A stretch of DNA of 64,000 nt from Lama glama (Eukaryota), in assembly GCA_028534125.1 (NCBI GenBank), contig CM052817.1, forward strand, positions 58,840,001 to 58,904,000, in the 5' to 3' direction. How positions within the stretch are numbered: position 1 is the stretch's first letter; every line of letters starts with the position of its first letter. Below, one piece after another: positions 1-12,355 of the stretch. The translations under genes were made by a program, and so were the position numbers. The notes beneath the pieces were generated by a model that was not told the DNA's origin, made no database searches, and worked only from the letters and a program-made list of their open reading frames with translations.

Positions 1-312
1 CTATTAGTATTATGAAACATTTAGAAAGATAAACGTGGCAGAATTGATTAAAAGAATAAATATATTTTTTATCATCCTCCAACCAAATTATTGGATTATC
101 TTTAAAGGCTGGGTATTAGGGACTCCAGGACAGAAATTATATACTGAAGAAAAATTACTATGTGATAAAAAGGGAGCTTAAATTCCTCACATTTTCCAGT
201 AAAAACTCTTCATTCTGGTGATATAGAGGTATGCTTATAGTATAAAAATACTTAATGAATGCAAAAATAAAAGGGATATAAACTAAAATTCAAAAAAGAA
301 ACATTAAAAGCA

Positions 313-1586
313 TTTTTATTGAAGTATAGTTGATGTGTAATTATACACATTCATTATACAAATTATAGGAGTACCAAATAGTGATTCAGTTTGTAAAGGT
401 GTAAAGGTTATACTCCATTTATAGTTATTATAAAATATTGGCTATATTTCTTGTGTTGTACTGTATATCCTTGTAGCTCATTTTATACCAAGTAGTTTGT
501 ACCTCCTAATCCTCTACCCCTATATTGCCCCTCCCTACCTTTGCTCTCCTCATTCGTAATCAGTTTGTTCTCTGTGTCTGCTCTTTTTTGTTATATTCAT
601 TAGTTTGTTGTATTTTAAAAATTCCATATGTAAGTGATATCATACAGTATTTATCTTTCTCTGTCTAACTTACTTCACTTAGCATAATGCTCTCCAAGTC
701 CCTCCATGTTTCTGCTAGTGGCAAAATTTCATTCTTTTTTAAGGTTGAGTAGTATTCCACTGTATATATAAACCACATCTTTATCCTTTCATCTATTGAT
801 GGACACTCAGGTTGCTTCCATATCTTAGCAATTGTAAATAATGCTGCTATGAACATTGGGTTTCATGTATCATCTCAAATTAATGTTTTTGTTTTTTCCA
901 GATACATACCCAGGAGTGGACTTGCTGGGTCTTAGTTCTAGCTGTAGTTTTTTGACAAACCTCCATATTGTTTTTCACAGTGAATGCACCAATTTACATT
1001 GCCACCAACAGTGTACAAGGGTTCCTTTTTCTTCACATCTTCGCCAACATTTGTTATTTGTGTTCTTTTTGATGATAGCCATCTGACAGGTGTGAGGTGA
1101 TATCTCATTGTGGTTTTGATTTGCATTTCCCTGATGATTAGCAATGTTGAGCATCTCTGCATGTTGGCCATTTACATTTCCTCTTTGGAAAAATGTCTGT
1201 ACTGTTCTTCTGCCATGTTTTAATCTAGTTATTTGGTTTGGGTTTTTTTTTTTGATGTTGAATTGTATGAATTGTTTATATATTTTTGGATACAGTTCCC
1301 CCTTATCAGTCATATCACTTGCAAATATTTTCTCCCGTTCAGTAGGTTGTCTTCATTTTGTCAATGGTGTCTTTTGCTGTGCAAAAGCTTTTAAGTTTAG
1401 TTGGATCCCATTTATCTCTTTTTCCTTTAGCTTTCTTTGTTTTTGGAGACAGATCAAAAAAATGTTGCTACAATTTATGTCAAAGAGTGTTCTGCCTATG
1501 CTTTCCTTTAGGAATTTTATCCAGTCTTATTATTAGGTCTTTAATCCATTTTGAGTTTTTTTTTTAATACATGATGTTAGAGAATG
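313..1586 (-). mobile_element. 5'-truncated LINE-1 (ORF2 C-terminus plus 3' UTR), artiodactyl-type
   Basis: Minus-strand ORFs give L1 ORF2 motifs ([62 protein letters not shown]), broken by frameshifts. The T-rich 3' end is at about 313. Confidence 0.95.
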
Positions 1587-4419
1587 AATAAATGGAGTGA
1601 CACATTCATTATGCCCATGACAATGCACCAGTTTCTGAAAATAATTGACAGTCTCCCACCATGACATACAGAATGTTCAGAACTTTAGGAATTACTTATA
1701 TTAAACGTCAATTCACAAAACAACAATAACAGCAAAAACAAAACAGAAAAAACCTCTACATTAAACTTAAACTTGGTTAAAACATTTCTGCAAGGGTGTG
1801 AGCTACTGAGGTGTAGTTATATGATGCTTAAATGTAGCTTGATTCAAACAGAGAAACAATAATAGCTGAAGAAGTAGATGGAAAGCATATTCTTTGGAAT
1901 ATTTTCCTTTATACAGACAGTTTCTCTTAGCCAGACTTTTAAAATGAGCTGGAAAACAAGTGAATCAAAGTTAAAATCTTTAGTTACAGCCTCTCATAAC
2001 TATTTTATGTCGACTTGGATGCTGCCTAAGCTGATGTTAGGAAAGTAGGCATGTGTTCTAACCATGATGGAGGGTGCTACAACCTACTTCTCTGCTCAGG
2101 TAATTCAAGACTCAACTCTGAATAATAAAATGCCATCTTTTTTTCAGATAACTAGCATGTTCTAAATTTCTAACATGTAATTATCATATCTACGTGACTA
2201 ACGCATGTGTGATCCTTAGGTATTTCCCACAGCTACTCCGCAAAATGAACATTTTAAGTACAGACCTGGTTTCCTCACTGAATAAATCTGGAAGACCTCT
2301 TAGGCTTATGATCCTTACTAGGAAATCTGCACTTGCTTCTTAATGGTAACTTCTGTAAACCTTTTTTTGATGATCTCTGTGTGATCTGGAAGTTGCAACA
2401 AGATAGCTTCCTATGCATACATTGTTTTCTTGCTGTTAACCACTTGAGGACAAGAAATCATTTTCCTAGGCACTTTGGTAGCAAGGATGCAGAAGATTTC
2501 TAGAGATAACATGTAAAGGAAAGGAACTTGTATGCCGCTTAACATAAATATGTATCTATCTGACTATTCATTTCTCTCTCTATTCATCTGCCTGTCTACC
2601 TACAGATGAAGATGGAGATAGATAACTAATATTAAATGGCAAGGAATAGCTCTTAATGTTTTCCCCTTTCCATATAAACAAATGATAAAAATCTTGATTT
2701 AAAGTAAAGGCAGTATTATAAAATACAATTTTGATTACCACGCCTTCCATCCTCCTTTAAACGCATGAGATTACATCTTTGCTCTAATTGGACATGATTC
2801 TTAAACTCGTGAAACTTAATAAGATGGGAATAGCTTGTTTACATTTAAAACTCAAAATATTTAAAGTATATCAAACTGATGGTTGAACTCTGTAGGACTT
2901 CTCCTCTGGCAAGTTTGTTTAGCACATAAAAGTCATTAAAATAATGGAAAATAACCCAAGCTCAAGTGGAATAAGAATGACTATTCAACAAAATAGTTTT
3001 AAAAGTAATTTGAGACTAAATATAGAAAAAAAAAAAGATGCCCTTGAAGAAATAATCTTTTGGAAAAATTTTTTCCTTAATGTGTATATGACTAAGAATT
3101 GTGAAGTCCCATAAGTTATGATGGACAAACTTTCTCCACACATCTGCTATCACTATCAGCAGTAGGGCAAATCTCTCCAATTCAGCTTTGTTTGAATTAG
3201 AAATATGGAAAAGGAGTGGAAAGTAATTAGAAAAGACATCTTCCCAGCCTTTCTTGTCTCTGTTTTGAAATGAGAATTCCGTGCTGTGATCATATCGTTT
3301 TGACATGCCATGACAGGGAATGACATCACAAACATATATATTCCCCAAACCTACAGGGATTTCTGACTGGTCCTAGGATGAGTTTATATTCACTTTTTTT
3401 TTTTCCTCCCCTAAGCCGAAGTCCTGGAGATTTGGTCCGTTTGCCTTTCTGTTCATGGCTACCACCGATTACTTCTTAAGATGCAATCCTGTACTGGCAG
3501 GTCTCCATAGGATACAATATTCCTAACTTCCCTCTGCTCTTTTGAAATGGAGAGTTTTTATTGCTAGTAATGTCAAGAGAACAGAAAGAAGACTAACATA
3601 ATTGGAAAGTAAGTGGGAAGTTACAAAATTATAACACAACACTTGCAGCAATAGTTGTTTCTGGTTTTTGTTGAAAAGCAAATGAAGTTTGAAAGGCTAC
3701 AGGCTGTTGTTCCTCTTTGCCTTGATTAATGTTTGTGTAAATGACTCTTGAGTCTTACAAGCTGATCTCTCTGCATTGTGATCTCAGAGAGCGATTCCCA
3801 ACTTGAAGGGCAGAATTATTCAGGTTGAGAGTGACTGTCCGTATGAAAGTGACAGGAAGATTACTGTCATTTTATTCAATATCACAAGATCATCACCACT
3901 TAGATGTGTGAATTTCTATATTTCTACTTCTTGTCTGGCTCTTCAAAACAACCCTCTGTGGGTGCTTTAGTAGAAAACCTGAATGTCATACAGCCTGTGT
4001 AAGTTTACCATTATCACCTATTAAGTAAATGGACAAGGTCAGCCTGCTGGTAATATCCCGATCTCCTTTCTGCTTCATGTCAAATACCAGCTTCCTAAAA
4101 TTCTCTCTCTTCACAAGCCCAGGCTGCTTTGTCTTGTCCTACTTTTGTTATACAGTTATCATGGGCTGATGCTGAGATAGGGGTCTCTCATTTTCAGATG
4201 AGTTTTTAATATTTTTAATACATAGTGATGCTTATTTTAGGCCTTCCAATCTTGTATTCTCGTTCTTATTACTCAAATATTACCTCTTACTCTTCCCCTG
4301 AAGTCTTGTCCTATTATTATTCTTTTCTCTGGCCCACTAGCTGTTTGTAGAAAGTACACATTTTTCCATCCTTTCAGGAAATCTCCTTTGCTCCAGGCCT
4401 TCAAAGCCCTGAGATGAAA

Positions 4420-4560
4420 CACTGTTGAGTAGGTATGTTTTTCCTCATGTTGTAGATGAGAACACTGAAGTTTATGAAGTTTAAGTAACACACTCATGGT
4501 TACACAGCTCATAAGTGGAGGATCCGGGAATTGCTCTAGGTCTACATTTAACCAGTGATG
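4420..4560 (-). mobile_element. MIR
   Basis: tgtagatgagaacactgaag..ggttacacagctcataagtggagga (antisense MIR core). Confidence 0.7.
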
Positions 4561-5030
4561 CAATATTGCCTTCCTCAAAGGAGACATTTAGAAGGTTGAT
4601 TTATCATAATTTGTATCCTGCTCTATAATAATTCCTACAGTCATTTTTCCTCCTGGTACGGGGTACCAAATCTATTCCCCATGCAAAATTAAGAAATATT
4701 TACTAGTGATAGAAAGTGATACGTGGTTTTTAAAAGAAACTTATCATGGAATTTGAAAAGAATATTATATTACTTTGGTAATATTTTAAGACTGCCAGAG
4801 AACCACCCTTGGAAACACTTTTATTTTGTGCCTTGTCCTTATTTTGTCCTTATTTGGTTTATATTCTCTATAAATGATTCATAGAAATTTCCTAACTCTT
4901 ACAAGTTCTTGAATTTGCTTGTAAATAATGAAAAATTTTTTATTTTTTTGGAACCAGGTCACTTAAGAAGGAATGTCTGTGTGTGTGTATGATGAAAGAT
5001 TTGATTTGTGTTCATTTTTGAAGGATTTTA

Positions 5031-5113
5031 TATGTGTGTGTGTATACACACACACACACACACATACATATACATACACATATGTGTATACACACACACA
5101 CACACACATATAT
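5031..5113. repeat. Compound (TG)n/(CA)n/(TA) microsatellite
   Basis: tatgtgtgtgtgtatacacacacacacacacacatacatatacatacacatatgtgtatacacacacacacacacacatatata. Confidence 0.95.
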
Positions 5114-6944
5114 AGCTAAAGTACTAATCCTAACTTTAACTATTGGATCTTTTAATACTATGGTAATGATTTAATAATAATTCTTCATAGTTTGGATGAA
5201 AAGGTTTGAGTCCAAAATATGAGTAATAAAATGTATGTTCTTTGTTTTTAAAATAAAAGCAGCATAACAGAAATTCTTTTAGCAAGATAGACAGAGGAGT
5301 AAACTCAGAAGTCAATAACTAAAACAACAACAACAAAAAAACAACCAAACAAGAATTTATAATTTTATTGGAGGCACAGCCATCGTTGTTTCACTATATG
5401 TGACTATTTGAGAAGAACTAATTCTGCCTAGGGTGAGTCTGTATTTGACAGGTTTTTCTTTTAGACATTTATAGAAAATATGACCAGTACTATATTAAAA
5501 CATTTTTGTGTGCTTTAGGATAATCATGATTTAAATTAAAAAAAAAAAAAAAGAAGAAGCCTATACTATAGATCTCTAAAAACCTCCTCATTAGTCTGAG
5601 TAGTGACAGGTTCACACAGACCTATCACTGCTGAAATACCAACAAAAATAGTAATTGCTTTTTTCTCTAGGATCAACGTTCTTGCCGTAGTTCAGGCTGC
5701 TGAACAATCATTCAATCAGTCTTTTAGTTGTGGTCCTTTAACAAACTCCTTTTTTTTTTCCCTTTGCTGTGGAAATCAGTATTTTATGCAGGAGGATTTA
5801 CTAACCCTTTGGTAGTTCTGATAATTTTTTTCCTTTTATTAAATGTCTTTAAAATTCCTCAGACTTTTCTAACAGTAATAGAAAATACTCAGCCAGCTAT
5901 GATCATGCTGTTAAACCCAGTTTCCTTTCCTGCAATTTAGTTGAGGAGCATTGAACGTTATCCAATGCAGATAAATAACAGCCAAACAAAAAGTACGTAT
6001 TAGGAAACACTGAGAATTATTAACCTAAATAAACAAAAACAATTGGCTAGTCTCTTTCCAAAACATGATTCTGTTCTTTACCCATGGCCAAATTGGGATA
6101 ATGTAATGATCAATATAAATACTATGCTCCTTAAAAGCAGACGAATGCATTTTCAAAGCTATGTAGATAGAATGCCAACTTGGCATTAGAATTTATGTAT
6201 CCACTGGGAAATTTTCTGAAGCAAGTTCTTTTAAATGTCATTGAATATGTTCTTAACCTCTCCAGCTTTTTCCACTACTGAGTTGTTCTACTTGATTTAT
6301 TCTTGCCCACTCATGTCACATCCAAGCTTTCTGTTCTTCTTCAGGCTGGTTAGTTACTCTCCCGTCTCTCAAGTCTGCTTGTCTGTGCCCAGCCTCAGTG
6401 CTAGACCCTATGGTCCTCATCCAGATACTTAATGTGTTTCCTAGCTCAGCAACTGACATGGGGTTAGTGATGGTGTAAATATTTATATGTGCTAACAGCT
6501 GGTGCAGTTTAACAGAAAATATTTACCTTTATTTACTGACTATTATTTTTCATAATTTCTTTTCTCGTATTCTCCCTTAGGGACTGTCTTCCTCTGGTAA
6601 AGTAAATGTAACATGTTTTGACATACAAAATTTTTGTAAATGTTCAGTTATGTTGTTGGTAGTTGCCATAAAATGATTCTTTCCTAATTCTTCTATGTGA
6701 AAAACAATACCCAGCATATGTTTGCCATTTTAGTTTGCATAGGCATGATTCTTGATAAGAACAAACTTACAGCTGTTTTTTTTTACTGATACTCCTAAAT
6801 GGTGAATTTAAAGTGTATCTTAGTTTATAGATTGCAATGCGCAGTGACAAACATCATCTCATTAGATAGTCATAATAAGCATTTAATATCCTCATATTGT
6901 TAATAAAAAATATTATGAGGTTAAATGACTTGTGTAAGGCTGTA

Positions 6945-7300
6945 TCATAACAAAACCCAATTCAAACTCAAATAATAAAGAAAATTTTTATTCATTTAAT
7001 AGAGAAGGCAAGTTTCAAAGCTGACATAACCCAGTGGCCCTTAGATCTAGTTCCCTGGGATTTCTTGTCGTTTCCACCATGTGTGGTTTTTTGTGTCATT
7101 AAGCTCAGAATGAAATAGCTAGAGGAGCTACTGGTCTCAGATTTCTCTGAGGAGATGTCCAGCAAGGAGGGAGACTGTTGCTACTTTAAGATTAAATTCA
7201 AATTTCTAAGAAGCTGTAGCAAGCTTCATTTCACCCTATTGTCCAAATTTAGTCTCATGCTCACTTCTAATCTAATTCATGTTGACCAAGGTGTGTCATT
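6945..7300 (-). mobile_element. Degraded MLT1-like LTR fragment
   Basis: aaaacccaattcaaact..tgtccagcaaggag..attgtccaaatttagtctcatgctcacttctaatctaattc. Confidence 0.45.
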
Positions 7301-7339
7301 CATTGATACTCTCTTCTGTTACTTCTCCTTCATAACAAT

Positions 7340-7525
7340 GATTATAATTAGAATAGTAAATAAACAAGTATTTGTGCAGTTAACTGTCTAATTTCTCTTA
7401 TCTGCAGTAGAACACGAGCGTCTCAGGGTAGGGTTCGCGTCTCTGTCATTTCTCATTGTAGCGCACCATGGCCGAATCCCTTGAACCCAGTAGATATTTG
7501 ATAAACATTTGCTTATTAAGTTACT
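7340..7525 (+). mobile_element. L2 3' end
   Basis: tagaacacgagcgtctcagggtagggttcgcgtct..cagtagatatttgataaacatttgc. Confidence 0.55.
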
Positions 7526-8679
7526 GAAAAGTGAGGAAAGCTCTTGTAATTACTTTTGTATGGCAATTAGTATTTTACTTAGGTAGAGCTGGGGACTGAA
7601 AGCCATCAACTCTTCCTGGGGCAAAATTTACTGTTGGAAATATTTAAGCTATCATCCTTGTCATGCAGGGTCTTAGTACATTTCTGTTCTCTTTCTCCCT
7701 GCCTCCTCCTTTCTTTCTCTGTCTCTCTAGTCATTTACTGTCAATAAAACAGGTATAAATACGCCATATTTACTCATTGACAAAACCAGCTTGCAAGAAT
7801 GGTCTCACGTTTCTTTCTCAAATGAACTGCGGTTAGCAGAAGTTCAATAACTCGGAGTTAAACTTAGCCTTCCCACGCTCTTTCAGAGTTCATAGCCTCA
7901 GATCAGCGATATTGCCTTGCTAATGTAGCTTATTGTGCAGACTCATTTTGTCCCTCCAAGATGGTGATACCCAACTTCAGGGTTCATCCTGGACAAAGGT
8001 TTCTCAGACTTTGTTTCCTAATATTGCAGCTCTTGGCGCTAACCTACTTCAGTGCCTACACAGCTCTCTCTGGACCACACATCAGTGTACTACATCAAAG
8101 AACTTTGCCCCCTTCTCATGAGCTGACCCATATCTGAGAGCTGAGCAGATTATTATTATCATTTAGTCCTCAAAAGAAAGAATCCATATACAGCTGTTTG
8201 CTTCAAGTTTTTTCCTACAAGAGCAAGTGGGATTCATTATTCAGAGACATTCTGTCTTCAATAACTTTAAGTTTTGTCATTTCCCTCACTGAAGAAGAGA
8301 AGAAAATCCACAAATTTAATTTCTTATAGGATTTTCTACAATATTATCTCTCATGATGGACCTTGTTTTTGTTTTTGGAAACATACTGGCTTATGTCAAT
8401 TGGCCAGGGAAACTTGAGAAGCAAGATCCCAGGAATAACCAATGATTTCATTAGGCCCAGTTTAGGATTCCATTAGACTATACTGAGATATCAAATACTA
8501 TTCACATCTGTATTATGAAAAATATTTTATTTTTGAAATGAAAAACTAATATCTGGCTATGACATGAATTGTTACAATTCAAATAAAACAGAAAATGACA
8601 AAGTCTTCTGTACCAAACCAAAACAGGGGATTAGGAAAATGCAAAAGCACTTTTCAAGAGGACTTGTGTTACAGCACGC

Positions 8680-8885
8680 CTCTATGCTACTCTGTGGGGT
8701 TCTCACTAGTTGTGTGGACACATAGCAACATCTCAGTCTCCACAGATTCATCTGCAAACCTGGAAGAGTAATACTAAATCCCCCAGGTAGAACACAGGAT
8801 TCAGTGAGGTAAGGGATGTGATGTACTTAGCTTAATTCCTGCCTCAGAATAAATACTCACTAAAGGTTATTACTACTATTATTCT
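8680..8885 (+). mobile_element. MIR
   Basis: tcactagttgtgtg..tcatctgcaaa..aggattcagtgaggtaa..aaatactcactaaaggttatt. Confidence 0.65.
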
Positions 8886-9244
8886 TCTCTAACACATATA
8901 TTTGGAGATGAAAATAAAGAGGTCCTTATATGGTAATGATCAAACTATTTTACTTGAATTAGGTGCTTTCTGGAGGCTTGTCTGGTGCATTTAAGAAAAA
9001 TAATTCTCTAGAATTTATCTTACCCTTTAGCATCTGCTATTTCTCTTGACTTTTTTTTTTCATTTCTCTGATTCTTTCTTGTTTTCCCCAGAGTAGAAAT
9101 AGAGGCCTGCATGGTTCTAACTGTGCGTGGAAAGATCAGAATCAAATGAACTACAACTTCCTGATACTTTTCCTAGATTTAAACCTAAAACCTAGAATGG
9201 GAAAGGAAGAAATCCTAACTAAATGTAAAAATGTTCAGCTGTAT

Positions 9245-9430
9245 TGTACATAACTTATTTAATCCTCTCAACATCCTTACAGCAGTGGCAGGGAAGTGTT
9301 ATTATCCCATTTTACCTATTCAGAATTAGTTCTTGATAAGGTTAAATGATTTCCCTAGGGTCTCACATCTGGGAAAAGGCTGGATGGTAACTTGATTGTA
9401 AAAACCCAGTGATGTTTTCTTTCTACTGCA
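9245..9430 (-). mobile_element. MIR
   Basis: ttatttaatcctctcaacatcctta..attatcccattttac..aggttaaatgatttccctagggtctcaca. Confidence 0.75.
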
Positions 9431-9545
9431 TCATCTCCCCATTATCTTTCAAAACACAACTCAGTCTTTTAAAAATACCCTTTACTTATTTTTCTTTCAC
9501 TCTCCCATCTTTTCACTAGGCAAAGCCATATTTATACTATGCTGC

Positions 9546-10275
9546 TGTTGTGGGCAAATAGGAATTGCTGATAGAAGGATGAAGTATTAGGAGATACAGG
9601 GGACAATTAATTTTTCTGTGTCACATTTGGCTATTCATCTTTTGTGATGAGAACATCCCAGTGCCTGAAAGGAGTTTGCCAAGAGAAGTAACAAGACAAT
9701 ATCTGAGTAGTTCCTTCCTGTTACATGAGTCCCAAGAATACCTCCATGTTTGGTAGAAGGACCAGGACTCAGAGACCTGAGACACAGTTGTACTCAGGGT
9801 TGTGGTTAATATTACAGTAGAAGGATACACAGTAGGGTTATTAAGGGAAAAGACAATGGGCAGAGTCAGGAGGAATCCATGCACAGCATTTGGAAAGTCC
9901 TCCCTCTCGAGGGGTGCCACGTAGAATGTGCTCTTTCCTCTAGCTGTTAAATGTAGGAATGCAACTGCAGTTTCTGCCCAGGAGTGTTTGCTGTGGACTC
10001 AATCCAAGGTTTTCAGTGGGAACTGATCATGCGGGCACTCTCTATCTGTGTGATCAGCCATGAGGATAGAAATTCCAGATTCCCAGAAGGAAAGCTGCAG
10101 TTCACCACAGATCAGGTGGATAGTGTGAAATTAGAACCCCAACAAAAAAAAAAAAAAAAAAAAAAGAGCCTTAACAGCGTAGCCAAGTTCAAAAACCAAG
10201 TTCCTTAACACCAGCCCTGAAAGTAGATTCTTCTAAAGACTAGTATTAGACCTGCTATGTTAACTCTCTCCTACA
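9546..10275 (-). mobile_element. Solo LTR, MER77/MER68-like (ERVL class)
   Basis: Minus strand starts TGTAGGAGAGAGTTAACATAGCAGGTCT, resembling the MER68/77 5' end, and ends in CA. GC is higher than the flanks. It contains an internal A22 run (10144-10165). Confidence 0.75.
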
Positions 10276-10479
10276 ATTTATAATGCCAACACCTGCAGAA
10301 TAGAAAAACACAGCAGGATTTTTAATCAGAATATGTACTTATAACATGAGGAAAACACCAAGTAATGGCAGTTGTCTTCTGTTATCAGTAGAAGAATCCT
10401 TATAGTCAAAGTCCAGGTTTTCAAAATTTTTTGCAGTTTCACCTACTTTGTAAAGACAGTACAAATCAAGATGATTAAG

Positions 10480-10810
10480 TATAACTCAGGGACATGCATT
10501 TATCATGATCTGTTTGCCATGTACAGTGCTTTTGTACCTAAGGCCTTTGGTGGTTGAGAGGGATACATGCGGATAGTTAACATGTAGAGTAGACCATGGT
10601 ACATGCTTTAATAGATGTTCAAAGGATTAAGGAGGTGTGAGAAAAGGGAATACAAATTCCCTTTAAAAAGAAATGTAAGAAAGCTCCAGGAGGTAGTGAC
10701 ATTTGAGTGCCATCATCCTAAAAGATGTCTGTGGCAAAATATAGTAAGATGTCATTTTTATTATAGGGAACAAACACAGAAAGCTGTGAATATACAAGAT
10801 ACTGGGGACA
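10480..10810 (-). mobile_element. Degraded L2 fragment
   Basis: Purine-rich antisense L2 motifs: gaaagctccaggaggtagtgacatttgag..agggaacaaacacagaaag. Confidence 0.45.
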
Positions 10811-12199
10811 TTTATACCAAAGTGTGACACAGTACCATACGTTATTATATGATTAACATAATAATGTTATTCTAATATTATTAACATTAAGTATCATAAT
10901 ATTAATTATAAATTAGTTCAGAAGTATGAATTAAGCCAAGGTTGCAAGGGTTTTGAGTTCTGTTCCAAAGGGATTGGTTTCTCCATTTTTCTATCAAAAA
11001 GGTAGACCCATCCCATTGGCTATTAAGCAGCAAATTATTTCCCACTGCCTTGGAAAAAAATGCAGTGACATTTGTATTCATGTTTAACACTTAGGAAATT
11101 AGAAAGATTTTCAAAGCTGTGTGCCAGAAACTGTGGATGAAGACTAAAATATTTATTTCTTATTATGAATCACAATATCACAACTTGTTCATTTTTTAAT
11201 GTCTATATGGATCTGATTTTTGACTTAAGAACAATAAAAAAATTATCAAGAGCTGATCTGATTGTTCTATTTAAGCAAATTCCTTGAGGAATAGTACTAC
11301 ACTCCTAAAGATCACTTAGATTATTATCTGATACACAAATCTGTGTAAAATTTGTAAATAATTTTTTGTCTAATCCTACTGAATATTTTGTATTCATCTT
11401 TTTATAACTCACATTTGAATATGGCTTCTTGCATTAATATGAGTTGGTGTGTTAGGACTCAATATGTAGTAATTTATTCTAAATGCTAGGTGCTAAGTAT
11501 CCTTAGATCTATAAAAATGAAATTATGTAAAGTGTGTAATTACTTTATTAAACATTACTCATCCACTTTAATTAAAACTATCTTCTCATTTTACTTCTAT
11601 TTTGTAGTATTTTATGTTTTTCCATCAAGTTTTTTTGTTTGTTGATTTCTCTTCAATTGGGGCAAGCTGTGCTTGGCATGGTATTAGAAATAATTCAGAA
11701 ATAAGATGTAAGAAGATCACTTTATTGAGGACATTATTCACGTAAACTATTTTCAGAAATATCGAAGAGCCACCAAAATGGGTCAGATTCTACAAATGAT
11801 AGATTTGGGTTTTGAAACAAATGTTGCATACTTTCCTCCTTAAAACCATGCCATTCGGAGGAGGAACTAATTATCTTAAGGCTCCGAGTTAACTGTTGCC
11901 AAATGGTCTCACAGTCAGCGACAGAAGAGAAATGAAGCACTGTGCAGCAAACCTTGGGGATTCACCTGGCCTCCTTTGCAGCCAAGATTGTTCCTATGGT
12001 GTCAGACAACAATTAAAGAACCTGGAAGTGAAGGTGACTCGGAAAAGGGCAAACTGAAAAGTGTAACTCTCTCAACCAGGTCATCTACAACACAGTCACA
12101 GAATAACTAGAGCATAGTGAGAGAATAAGAGGAAAGGAACATTTCAAAAAGCAGGAGTGAATACGTAATTATCCTTAGGGTTATGTGGAGAAGTAGAAC

Positions 12200-12355
12200 A
12201 AATCCTGGCATCACACGTACTGTGGCCCTTCCCTAACTGTGTAATTTTGAGAAGTCATATTGCCTATTCCCAGGCCTCAGTGTCCTCACAAATGAACTAA
12301 GGAAAATGGGCTAAATGACTCCTCAAGCTACTTTTCAATAACATTCTGTAAATCT
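12200..12355 (+). mobile_element. MIR/MIR3
   Basis: ctaactgtgtaattttgagaagtca..ggcctcagtgtcctcac..ctaaatgactcctcaag..aacattctgt. Confidence 0.65.

Noticed and set aside
665..1567. Cluster of 60-130 aa ORFs on both strands
   Set aside because: Minus-strand ORFs are frameshifted L1 ORF2 remnants and plus-strand ORFs are their antisense shadows. They are not genes.
11757..12065. Purine-rich, exon-looking segment after ttttcAG
   Set aside because: The frames I translated close early, I found no convincing donor, and the peptide is unrecognisable.
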